Shown in pieces: positions 20,260-29,180 of a stretch of 64,000 nt of DNA. The DNA is from an uncultured Verrucomicrobiae bacterium (GTDB lineage Bacteria; Verrucomicrobiota; Verrucomicrobiia; Chthoniobacterales; Terrimicrobiaceae): positions 352,001 to 416,000 of the forward strand of contig CAVPOC010000003.1 in NCBI GenBank assembly GCA_963706955.1, in the 5' to 3' direction. The position numbers and the translations under genes were made by a program. The notes beneath the pieces were generated by a model. The model did no database searches, was not told where the DNA came from, and was given only the letters and a program-made list of their open reading frames with translations. Every line of letters starts with the position of its first letter. Position 1 is the first letter of the stretch.

Positions 20260-20949
20260 CTAATCACTCTGACTCTGCGCGGCCAAGCGCAAGATATCGT
20301 CGGCGGCACAAGCCGCGCCAAAACCATTGTCGATGTTGACGACGGTCACTCCACTGCCGCAGCAGTTCAACATACCGAGGAGCGCCGCGAGTCCGCCAAA
20401 ACTCGCTCCGTAGCCAACGCTGGTGGGCAACGCGATAACCGGCTTATCTACCAAGCCGGCGACGACGCCTGGGAGCGCGCCTTCCATACCGGCAGCAACG
20501 ATCAAGACTCCGCAAGAGCGAAGGCGGCTGGTCTCCGCAAGCAAGCGGTGCAGGCCGGCGACGCCAACATCAACAATCCGTTCGACGCGCCAGCCGAAGG
20601 ATTCAAGAGAGACAGCAGCTTCCTCCGCGGCCGGCAAGTCCGCCGTTCCTGCAGAGACAATTCCCACCTTCCAGAGGTCGGTGCGAACGACTGCGGTGCC
20701 CACGGTGATGCATCGTGCCCGCTCATGAAAGACCGCGTCCGGAAGTCGGCTCTGGATTGCGGCGAAGTGCGCGACTTCGGCGCGGGTTGCGAGCACCTGT
20801 TGATTGTTTTGCCGTAAGGTCAGGGCGATTCCACAGACCTCTTCAGGCAATTTGCCCTGACAAAAAATGACCTCAGGTCTGCCGCAACGTCGAAGGCGAT
20901 CGAGGTCAACACGGGCATAGCCAAGATCACGCACCGGTTCAGGGCTCAT
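20260..20949 (-). CDS. larB: Nickel-pincer cofactor biosynthesis protein LarB (PurE-like)
   Basis: DLDR..RCG.PEVI, AGTADLP, DVGVAGLHRL, AGMEGALP, PTSVGYGA and VNIDNGFGAA motifs. Confidence 0.92.
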   Translation of the reverse strand: MSPEPVRDLGYARVDLDRLRRCGRPEVIFCQGKLPEEVCGIALTLRQNNQQVLATRAEVAHFAAIQSRLPDAVFHERARCITVGTAVVRTDLWKVGIVSAGTADLPAAEEAAVSLESFGWRVERIVDVGVAGLHRLLAETSRLRSCGVLIVAAGMEGALPGVVAGLVDKPVIALPTSVGYGASFGGLAALLGMLNCCGSGVTVVNIDNGFGAACAADDILRLAAQSQSD

Positions 20950-21409
20950 TTTCACGAAAATACATGCGCATCGGGATCATCTCGCTTTCGATGAAGCCAT
21001 TCTTGAGGAAGAATCGCTTCAGGCTCTCGTTCGATTTGTCGGTCAACAGCGTAATCCGCAGGAAGTTCTTCTTCTTGGCGAAGTCCACGGCGTAATCAAG
21101 CAAGCGGGTGCCGAACCCCTGGTGCCGATAATCCCGGTGGATGATCAAATCTTCAAGGACGAGCACGAAACCACCCTCGGCAGTGCTAATCGTAATGAGC
21201 AGGTTGATCATTCCAATGATTCTGCCTGGCCCACGCAGGACAAAGATTCTTCCGCGTGATGGCTGCTCCAGCAGCAGCCTTAACCCGCGCATTTCCTTGT
21301 CACGATTGGGTATGAAATCCGCCTCCTGAGAAAAGAGCTCGAAAAGGAGTTCGATCAACTCAGGGAGGTCGTCCAGGGTCGCTGGTTCTATTCGCAGGCC
21401 TGCAATCAC
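20939..21409 (-). CDS. GNAT family N-acetyltransferase
   Basis: EDLIIHRDYRHQGFGTRLL (acetyl-CoA motif A); FFLKNGF. Confidence 0.88.
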   Translation of the reverse strand: MIAGLRIEPATLDDLPELIELLFELFSQEADFIPNRDKEMRGLRLLLEQPSRGRIFVLRGPGRIIGMINLLITISTAEGGFVLVLEDLIIHRDYRHQGFGTRLLDYAVDFAKKKNFLRITLLTDKSNESLKRFFLKNGFIESEMIPMRMYFRENEP

Positions 21410-21460
21410 GCAATCTCCGTATTAGAAAAACAATTACGATGCAATTGCGGCGGTAGCTAC

Positions 21461-23164
21461 TCAAGCGGGGCGACCGAATTTGCGATCCAGTTCGGCAAAA
21501 GAAAACTGGATCATCGTTGGCCGTCCGGATGGGCTGGCGTAGGGGAGATCGCAGCGAAGCAATTCGTCGAGTAACTTTCCGGCACGTGTTTCGTCGTTGG
21601 GGAAGTCGTCGCCGGCGGCCAGCCGAGAAACCGAGCGAGCAACCGCTTCATGCACATCGCGTCCATGGGGAAGTCGGCCTGCGGCGCGGAGGAGGGCGGT
21701 AACTTCATGCAGCAGCCGTCCCGGCTCCTTTTGTGCCGCCCAGGCAGGGAGCGCTTCGACCTTCAGTGTCGTTCCTCCGAAGGGTTCCAAGAAAAATCCA
21801 GCAACCCGCAAGTCTTCCAGATGATCGAGAACCCACGCGTGCTCGCGAGAGGGAATGTCCACGACCGCCGGAATCAGCAGACGTTGGCTGGGAGCGTTTC
21901 CTTCCGCGATCTGTCGCATCATTGCTTCAAAGAGAATCCGCTCCGACGCTGCGCGCGTATCCAGGAGGACAAGACCTTCGTCGCCTTCGAGAACCAGATA
22001 CCCTTTGCCAACCACTCCCATGAACCGAAATCGTGTCCTCCCGGTCACTGTCGTTTTTAGTTGGTGATTGGAAGCCAAGGCCTCCTCCGGGAGGGGAATG
22101 ACCGCCTGCGGAGGCTCGGGAACGAAGGCGGTTTCCCTCCGAGGCGCTAGTGGTGCGGGCGCGATGGCTTGGCGCGGCTGCACGAGGGCCCCACGCGCCG
22201 CATCAAAGAGAGCCCGCTGCAACACCTCGGGCCGCCGGAGACGCACCTCTCGCTTCGCAGGATGAACGTTGCAATCGACGAGTTCGAGATCCATCTCGAT
22301 GTGAAGCACACAGGCTGGATGCTCACCGCGTTCGATAACGCCCAGGTAAGCTTCTCGAAGCGCCTGTTGGACTGCCAAACAGTGAACGGGTCGCCCGTTG
22401 AGAATCACGAACTGGAAAAGCCGGTCCCGACGTCCCTGTCCCGGACGTGCCAGAAATCCGCCAAGCCGCACTCCGTCTCCCGTAAAATCACCAATCTCGA
22501 GAAGCTTGGCCAGGTATCCGCCACCAAACAGGTCTCTGATGCGAACCGCCAGGCTTTCCGCTCGCGGCAGTGCCGCAATCTCACAGCCTTCACGCCTGCA
22601 CTCGAAGGCGACCGATGGGTGCGCCAGCGCTATACCCTGTAGCCCATGGATGATGTGCGCGGACTCTGTCTCCTCGCCACGAAGAAACTTCCGTCGGGCC
22701 GGAAGGTTATAGAAGAGGTCCCGCACCTCGATATGCGTTCCGACCGGAACCCCGACTTCACGGACCGTCTCGATCTTGCCTCCGGCCACCATGACTTCGG
22801 TGCCCGCTTCAGAGCCAGGCTCGCGAGTCGCCAGCCGGAATCTCGACACGCTGGCAATGCTGGGTAATGCCTCGCCGCGAAAACCCATTGAGCGGACGTG
22901 CGCAAGATCCGAAGCCTGGCGGATCTTGCTCGTTGCATGTCGCTCCAGGCAGAGAAGAGCATCATCCCTGTCCATGCCGCAACCGTCATCACGCACCGAC
23001 ACATAGCGGCATCCGCCGCAGACAAATTCCACCCAGATTTTCCGGGCCCCGGCGTCCAGGCTGTTCTCAACCAGTTCCTTAACCAAAGAGGCCGGGCGCT
23101 CAACTACTTCCCCCGCCGCAACCTGGCTGGCAACGTCATCCGGCAGCAGACGAATTTTTCCCAT
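21461..23164 (-). CDS. mutL: DNA mismatch repair protein MutL (C-terminal nuclease motifs degenerate)
   Basis: AAGEVVERPASLVKELVENSLDAGA, DDGCGM, ATSKI, GFRGEALPSI, FYNLPARRKFL and DCNVHPAKREVR motifs. Confidence 0.95.
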   Translation of the reverse strand: MGKIRLLPDDVASQVAAGEVVERPASLVKELVENSLDAGARKIWVEFVCGGCRYVSVRDDGCGMDRDDALLCLERHATSKIRQASDLAHVRSMGFRGEALPSIASVSRFRLATREPGSEAGTEVMVAGGKIETVREVGVPVGTHIEVRDLFYNLPARRKFLRGEETESAHIIHGLQGIALAHPSVAFECRREGCEIAALPRAESLAVRIRDLFGGGYLAKLLEIGDFTGDGVRLGGFLARPGQGRRDRLFQFVILNGRPVHCLAVQQALREAYLGVIERGEHPACVLHIEMDLELVDCNVHPAKREVRLRRPEVLQRALFDAARGALVQPRQAIAPAPLAPRRETAFVPEPPQAVIPLPEEALASNHQLKTTVTGRTRFRFMGVVGKGYLVLEGDEGLVLLDTRAASERILFEAMMRQIAEGNAPSQRLLIPAVVDIPSREHAWVLDHLEDLRVAGFFLEPFGGTTLKVEALPAWAAQKEPGRLLHEVTALLRAAGRLPHGRDVHEAVARSVSRLAAGDDFPNDETRAGKLLDELLRCDLPYASPSGRPTMIQFSFAELDRKFGRPA

Positions 23165-23342
23165 GAATCCAAATGGTGCCGCAGTTGCTAAATGGCTGCA
23201 GCAAAAACCGGACAATTCTGAAGAACAATCGCCAACTCAGCTGCAGACTCAGCGGGCTGGTTATCTTAAGCTAAGCCCTGTTTTTGGGCGCTTTCTCGCA
23301 CGCTCATTTGACTTCATACCAATTCATCTTTAAGAGAACAAT

Positions 23343-23687
23343 ATGATCGAACTGACCGCCAGCGCAGCCGCGCAACTCCATGTCCTCGTGCAAGAGAAAG
23401 GCCTTGACGCGAAAACATCGGGGCTTCGGCTTTCCGTCGAAAAGGGCGGATGTGCTGGTCTGCAGTATGCGATGAGCGTTGGCGCGCCAGAAGAGAACGA
23501 CTTGATCGTTGAACGCGACAATGCACGGCTCTTTATCGATGCCGAAAGTCTCAAATGGCTCGATAACTCGGTGATCGACTATGAAGATGGCTTGTCGGGC
23601 GCGGGCTTCCGCGTTAGAAATCCCTTGAGTGCGCGCAGTTGTGGTTGTGGCACATCGTTCGAGCCCGCAGGCAGCGCGCGCTCCTGA
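23343..23687 (+). CDS. A-type Fe-S cluster carrier (IscA/ErpA/HesB family)
   Basis: GGCAGLQY and NP...SCGCGTSF motifs. Confidence 0.93.
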   Translation: MIELTASAAAQLHVLVQEKGLDAKTSGLRLSVEKGGCAGLQYAMSVGAPEENDLIVERDNARLFIDAESLKWLDNSVIDYEDGLSGAGFRVRNPLSARSCGCGTSFEPAGSARS

Positions 23688-23698
23688 ACGAGATCTCC

Positions 23699-25198
23699 AT
23701 GGCGCGAGAACGCAAAGGACAACCCTCCGACACCAGCGCGCGGAGCACCGAGTTCTCCTTTCGCACGGACGATCCAGCTATCCAAAAAGGGGGTAACCTT
23801 TTTGTTTGGACGGTCGTTATTCTCCTGCTGATCGGTTTTGCGATCTGCTGCTGGGTGTTTAGCTTCTACGTTTTTGGACATCCCGAAAAGCCCTTCAGTT
23901 ATTCGATACTTGCGAAGCTGAAGAAGCTCGATGCGCCAAAGCGTTTCGAGATCACCGCCGCACCCCAAGGGGAGTTCCTGACCGCGCAGCAGCTCTGGGA
24001 CCGTTACAACAAGATGACCAACCGCGAGCTGGCACGAACCAGCCAGACTTTGCTGAGGAACTACCTTCGTAACTACAGACTGACCGCCGACAAAGTCCCT
24101 TACATCATCGGGTCCTACAATATTCTCGATTCCTACGAGCTGAACGATTCCAATCTTTTCCCCTCGGGAGTTGTTGCTCTCGCGCAAGCAACTGATGCGC
24201 CGCAGGTGCTGGTTGAGCACGTATTTACGGCAGATAAACGTGTCATACCCGTCCTCCACCGCATGCTCTTGACTGGCCTTAATCTGCGCTTCGACAAGAC
24301 CGTGGATCTCTCCGCGCTGGTCAATGTCACCCGATTGAAGGATGGGCGGCTTCAGTTTACCGCTGTGCCGCTTCTTTACGGCAGCTACACGACGAGCAGT
24401 GGTGCGGGATCGTTTTCGCTGGAGCCTCCCAGTCACTTGAACATAGCTAAGGGCCTTCCTGTGGTGAATCAGCCGACCCTCGCGGAGGCGATGGATAAGC
24501 TGGCCGTGCATCGCAATCGCGCGGGCTTGGAGGGCACCGAAACGGCCTCCGCAACGCCTCGACCGCAAATGCAGCTTGTTCGTGTCGAGCGTCCCAAGCC
24601 GGTGACCGAGAACGCAACCCCTCCGGAAACTGCGGCTGCTTCTCCGACTCCGGCGTTGTCGCCTACTCCCCGCCCGGCGGAATCCCCGGTTCTCCCGGCA
24701 GTTCCCGTTAAATCGCCCGCCTCCACTCCGGTTCTCGCGGCCGCCACTCCCGTTGCTAAGCCCACGCGGACACCGCTTCAGCCTTTTCTGTCGCCTACGC
24801 CGGGGTCCATCGCCACCACCGCGAGCGGCAATTGGCCCACGTATTCGCCGGGGCAAATGCCTCGGGGACGCCTCGCGAACGTGCCTGACATGAGTGAATT
24901 GGCGGGCCGCGGAGTCGCTGGGGAACGCATTTACCTCCAAGGCAGCTTCGTCGTGACCGCGTCGGGACAAAATCGGGCGGTCTTGCGCTCTCAAGCAGCT
25001 CTGCCGGAAAACTTGGGAATCGGAGGACGCAGGAGCAACACACGCATCATTGTCGAATTCCCTTCGGGAAGTCGCCCGCCTTCCGAGGGCTCGACGTTGT
25101 CACGCGACTCGCGCCGCCCATTCCTGGTGACAGAAGTTCGCAGAACATCGGATGGCCAGGTGAATGTCTATGTGCGCGAAGTCACTCGCGCACCGTAA
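23699..25198 (+). CDS. Hypothetical membrane-anchored protein with Pro/Ala/Thr-rich linker
   Basis: One N-terminal TM helix, a globular region, a PAT-rich linker and a C-terminal beta-rich domain; about 499 aa. Confidence 0.75.
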   Translation: MARERKGQPSDTSARSTEFSFRTDDPAIQKGGNLFVWTVVILLLIGFAICCWVFSFYVFGHPEKPFSYSILAKLKKLDAPKRFEITAAPQGEFLTAQQLWDRYNKMTNRELARTSQTLLRNYLRNYRLTADKVPYIIGSYNILDSYELNDSNLFPSGVVALAQATDAPQVLVEHVFTADKRVIPVLHRMLLTGLNLRFDKTVDLSALVNVTRLKDGRLQFTAVPLLYGSYTTSSGAGSFSLEPPSHLNIAKGLPVVNQPTLAEAMDKLAVHRNRAGLEGTETASATPRPQMQLVRVERPKPVTENATPPETAAASPTPALSPTPRPAESPVLPAVPVKSPASTPVLAAATPVAKPTRTPLQPFLSPTPGSIATTASGNWPTYSPGQMPRGRLANVPDMSELAGRGVAGERIYLQGSFVVTASGQNRAVLRSQAALPENLGIGGRRSNTRIIVEFPSGSRPPSEGSTLSRDSRRPFLVTEVRRTSDGQVNVYVREVTRAP

Positions 25199-26312
25199 GA
25201 TCGTTTCTGAGATCCAGGCCCAGGGCCTGATGACATTTGCCCGGTTCATGGAGCTCGCGCTCTATGATCCCGAAGCCGGCTATTATGCTTCCGGGCGTGC
25301 CAGGATCGGCAAACAGGGAGACTTTTTCACGAACGTCAGCGTGGGCCCGGTCTTCGGACAGATCCTGGCGAGTCAATTTCAGGAGATGTGGTCCCGACTC
25401 GGCAAGCCCGCACGCTTCGCACTGGTTGAGCAAGGGGCGAACGATGGGCAACTTGCCTTAGATATCCTCCGCGCGATGGCCAGCGAGATCCTCGAGAGAG
25501 TCGAATATTGGATCATCGAGCCGTTCCCAGCCTTGCGGCGGCTTCAAGAGGAGAAACTCCACGATTCCAAAGCGAAGGTGAAATGGGTCGACGATCTCGA
25601 CGCGCTTCCCAACTTCGATGGAATTCATTTGTCCAACGAATTGGTAGACTCGTTTCCCTTTCATCTGATCCGTTCCAATGGCGCCCGGTGGGAAGAGCTT
25701 TGCGTCTCAACCAATCAGGACCGGTTGGCGTTCGAAGTTGCCAGCCCTTCAACTGTCCTCGCAGACACGCTCAAAGCGCTCCCTCCACGCCCCGCCGGGA
25801 CAATCGCTGAGCTTCGCCCCAGCGCCTGCGAGTGGATTCACGCTCTCGCGGGCCACGTGAACAGGGGTTTCGTACTCATCATCGACTACGGATTCCCTCG
25901 CTTCGAACTGCTCGCTCCGCACCGAACAAGCGGCACGTTCTGTTGCTATCGTTCTCATCATCGTGACTCTCAACCCCTAGAAGATCCGGGCGAAAAGGAT
26001 ATTTCCGCCCACGTCGATTTCACGGCAGTCGCCGAAGCTGCACTTGCCGCAGGATTTCGCATCGAAGGCTTCGCCGATCAGCACCATTATCTCGTCGGCG
26101 CCTCGCGCGACCTCCTCGCCGAAGTCAGCATTCCGCCGAACGAGCTGTCGCAAAAGAGCCTTCGCGCACTCCAAACACTTCTCCATCCCGAGAGCATGGG
26201 TACCCAATTTCGCTACCTCGCTCTGTCAAAGGGAGTAGGTCTCACACCGCCGCTGTCTGGCTTCGAATTCTCTCGCGATGCGCAGCAACAGTTGTTTGCA
26301 GAAGGCCCATAG
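25164..26312 (+). CDS. SAM-dependent methyltransferase, MidA/NDUFAF7 family
   Basis: FARFMELALYDP..GYY, GDFFT, EQGANDGQLA, SNELVDSFP, IDYG and DISAHVDF motifs. Confidence 0.9.
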   Translation: MSMCAKSLAHRKIVSEIQAQGLMTFARFMELALYDPEAGYYASGRARIGKQGDFFTNVSVGPVFGQILASQFQEMWSRLGKPARFALVEQGANDGQLALDILRAMASEILERVEYWIIEPFPALRRLQEEKLHDSKAKVKWVDDLDALPNFDGIHLSNELVDSFPFHLIRSNGARWEELCVSTNQDRLAFEVASPSTVLADTLKALPPRPAGTIAELRPSACEWIHALAGHVNRGFVLIIDYGFPRFELLAPHRTSGTFCCYRSHHRDSQPLEDPGEKDISAHVDFTAVAEAALAAGFRIEGFADQHHYLVGASRDLLAEVSIPPNELSQKSLRALQTLLHPESMGTQFRYLALSKGVGLTPPLSGFEFSRDAQQQLFAEGP

Positions 26313-26353
26313 GCGAAACTCGGCGATCTCCAAAAAGGTCCGCGAGCGCTAGC

Positions 26354-26417
26354 TGCAGCGACGATGTCCCCCATCGTCGATGGGTGCACGATCGGCGGCG
26401 GAGACGCCGCCGCTACA
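26354..26417. repeat. REP/REPIN-like inverted doublet, family A (copy 1)
   Basis: TGCAGCGACGATGTCCCCCATCGTCG ... CGGCGGCGGAGACGCCGCCGCTACA; related copies at 28077, 30907 and 57341. Confidence 0.75.
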
Positions 26418-26529
26418 GCAACAAAACGAGCCGCCGACAGTCCGTCTCAACTATTTCTTTCCGTATCGCTGCCTCCGCCCACCCCATCCGTCAACACGCG
26501 AAGTTCAGCTCAGGTGCGAATTGCCTAGT

Positions 26530-27324
26530 ATGAAATCGCAGCAGAAGCTTTCCGGGCGTGTCGCACTCGTGACGGGGGCTGGCTCCGGCATCGGCGAGGC
26601 CGCGGCTCGTCTCTTCGCAGCCGAAGGCGCCAAAGTCGGTGTGCTCTCGCGCACCACCCGCGAGGTGAAGCAGCTTGCCCGCGACATTGCCAAGGCGGGT
26701 GGCGAAGCCTTGCCTCTCACGGCGGATGTCGGCGACGAAGCTGAAATGAAGGCGGCCTTGGCAAAGTTGCACCGCAAGTGGAAGCGTTTGGATGTGATCT
26801 TTGCCAACGCCGGAATAAACGGCGTCTGGGCCCCTCTTAGTGAACTGAAGATCGAAGAATGGGACGAGACGATGCGCATTAATCTTCGGGGCACGTTTTT
26901 GACAATGAAGCTCGCCCTCCCCCATTTTGCCTCGGGCGGAGGCTCGATCATCGTTACTTCTTCAGTGAATGGGACAAGAATGTTTAGCAACGTGGGTGCC
27001 AGCGCCTATGCGACGACGAAAGCCGCCCAAGTAGCGTTCGCCAAGATGTTGGCGGTGGAGTTGGGGCGGCAGCAGATCCGTGTAAATGCCATCTGTCCCG
27101 GCAGTATCGAAACCGAGATTGATGAGAACACGCAAGATCGTGCTCCCGAGGGTCTCGCACCGAAAGTGGAATTTCCCGAGGGCGAAATTCCGCTCACTGG
27201 CAAAGTGCCTGGAACTGCTGAGCAGGTGGCGGAGTTGGCCCTCTTCCTCGCCTCCGACGCTTCAAGCCATATCACCGGTACAGAAATTTTTATCGATGGC
27301 GCGCAGTCGTTGCTTCAAGGCTGA
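26530..27324 (+). CDS. Short-chain dehydrogenase/reductase (SDR)
   Basis: TGAGSGIG, NAGING, YATTK (YxxxK) and RVNAICPG motifs. Confidence 0.93.
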   Translation: MKSQQKLSGRVALVTGAGSGIGEAAARLFAAEGAKVGVLSRTTREVKQLARDIAKAGGEALPLTADVGDEAEMKAALAKLHRKWKRLDVIFANAGINGVWAPLSELKIEEWDETMRINLRGTFLTMKLALPHFASGGGSIIVTSSVNGTRMFSNVGASAYATTKAAQVAFAKMLAVELGRQQIRVNAICPGSIETEIDENTQDRAPEGLAPKVEFPEGEIPLTGKVPGTAEQVAELALFLASDASSHITGTEIFIDGAQSLLQG

Positions 27325-27484
27325 TAGCTGCAAGCCTCCGGACCCTCCGCCAGGAGCCACTCATCACCCTTCCGTCAGGCTTGCTGCCCGCATTGACACA
27401 CCGTCACCGATCTCCCACCTGACCTGCCGCTCCGGTATTTGGAGTATACCTGAGAGGTCTGGCTGATCCGAACCAGGAGGTGTT

Positions 27485-27805
27485 ATGAACACATTAAAGA
27501 GAATCACACGGATTGCGATTTGCCTCGCAGCTGCTTTGACGACATCGCTGCAAGCTCAATCGAGTGGCTCAAGCGGCTCCGGCTCGGGCTCGGGAACCAG
27601 CGGGACTGGAACGAGCTCGGGTGCCGCCGGCGGCTCCGGGTCCGGCACCAGCACGAGTGCGGGAAGCGGGACTAGCGGGGGCTCCACGTCAAGCGGAACA
27701 AGCACCGGAGCGAGCGCCGGATCAGAGCGCGACGAGGACGAAAAGCGGCCAGCCGGCGATCCTCAGGGAAGCTCCTCAGAGAGCAAATCGCAGGATAAGA
27801 AATAA
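27485..27805 (+). CDS. Small exported Ser/Gly/Thr-rich low-complexity protein
   Basis: Strong SD (AGGAGG at 27475-27480), signal peptide ending LQA-Q, SG/GT repeats and a charged tail. Confidence 0.75.
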   Translation: MNTLKRITRIAICLAAALTTSLQAQSSGSSGSGSGSGTSGTGTSSGAAGGSGSGTSTSAGSGTSGGSTSSGTSTGASAGSERDEDEKRPAGDPQGSSSESKSQDKK

Positions 27806-28076
27806 CCCACAAACCCGCCTAGACCCAGCGACAGCAAAACAACTCAACACAAGGTTCCGCTTGATCAGATATCTAACGAGAAACGTCTCTAAGTTTTCCG
27901 GATAAGAACCGAAGGAGCTCGCGCGTCAGCAAGGGAAATTCAGCAAACTAACACCTCGGCCGTCCTCGCGTGGCTTCAAGAGTGCGATTTGGCACCAGGC
28001 AGCCCGAGGACGGCGTCCTTCCAAACAGTTCTTCCCGCAAACTTGGCAAGCCCTGAGAGGAGACCTTTCGCGTTTC

Positions 28077-28135
28077 TCTAGCGACGATGTCCCCATCGCG
28101 AGTGTCCCTCCGGCGGGTGGACGCCGCCCTCTACA
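28077..28135. repeat. REP/REPIN-like inverted doublet, family A (copy 2)
   Basis: TCTAGCGACGATGTCCCCATCGCG ... CGGCGGGTGGACGCCGCCCTCTACA. Confidence 0.7.
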
Positions 28136-28138
28136 ACT

Positions 28139-29023
28139 CTATTGCGGGGGCATGGTCACCGCCGCGGGGTCCTTCTTGGCCAACTGAGGCGGAACTTCCA
28201 TCGCAATTAGCTCGGAGACGGTCACAAACTTGTAACCCTTGGCCAGAAGGGCATCCAGGGTTGCCGGCATCGCCGCGACGGTGGTTCCGTGAATATCATG
28301 CGCAAGAATAATCGAGCCGGGCCGGGTGCCTTGAATAATCGAGTTATAAACTCGATTGGAATTGCGATATTTCCAGTCCAACGGATCAACCGACCAGAGG
28401 ATAACTTTGAGTCCGAACTGATCGTTCAAACGTTTATTCAGACTCACGCTGGTTGCGCCATAGGGCGGCCGCATTAAGACAGGACGCTTCCCGGTCGCCT
28501 TCGCGATCGCTTCATTAGTGTTTTCGATCTGCTTTCGAAAACTCTCGATACCAAGCTTCGTCAAGGTCGGATGACTCCAACTATGATTGGCGACCTCATG
28601 ACCCTCTGTGGCCATCCGTGTCACGATCCCCGGATATTCTTCTACGTTCTTGCCCACCACGAAGAAGGTCGCCTTGATGCCACGCTCCTTCAGCATGTCG
28701 AGAAGCTTTGGCGTCAACTCCGGGTTGGGACCATCGTCGAAGGTAATGGCGATGGACATTCCCTCGACGTTACATGAATTGTAAGTCGTTTTCTCCGGCA
28801 CGATCACAGGACCCGGCGTCGGTTGTGGAACGCTGGTGTAATTGGCAGGTGATGGCTCCGGGCTAGGCGAGGAACGGAACGCCGGTGCCGGTGCCACGGA
28901 AGGATCACGAGACAATTCGTCGGCAGGAACCACGAGGACCGGAGCAACTCGTTGCGCCCGCGCACTCTGGCATGCCGGCAGAAGCAACGAGATAAGCAGG
29001 ACCCCAAAAGAAAGGCATTTCAT
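28139..29023 (-). CDS. Polysaccharide (peptidoglycan/chitin-type) deacetylase, CE4 family, probable lipoprotein
   Basis: TFDDGP, HSWSH, RPPYG, DPLDW and LAHD NodB motifs; LPAC lipobox-like signal. Confidence 0.93.
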   Translation of the reverse strand: MKCLSFGVLLISLLLPACQSARAQRVAPVLVVPADELSRDPSVAPAPAFRSSPSPEPSPANYTSVPQPTPGPVIVPEKTTYNSCNVEGMSIAITFDDGPNPELTPKLLDMLKERGIKATFFVVGKNVEEYPGIVTRMATEGHEVANHSWSHPTLTKLGIESFRKQIENTNEAIAKATGKRPVLMRPPYGATSVSLNKRLNDQFGLKVILWSVDPLDWKYRNSNRVYNSIIQGTRPGSIILAHDIHGTTVAAMPATLDALLAKGYKFVTVSELIAMEVPPQLAKKDPAAVTMPPQ

Positions 29024-29180
29024 CGTTCAGCTCTTTGGGAGAGTCATCTATCGCATGGATCGGTGTGAAAGCCATCACGATTTTGTCGAAGAAAAATAAC
29101 CTCACGATTCCCTACAAACAATTGGCTGCGCGCCGCTTCGAAGTTGCGTGCAAAGCGGCTCACGATGGAAAGGAGCAGAC

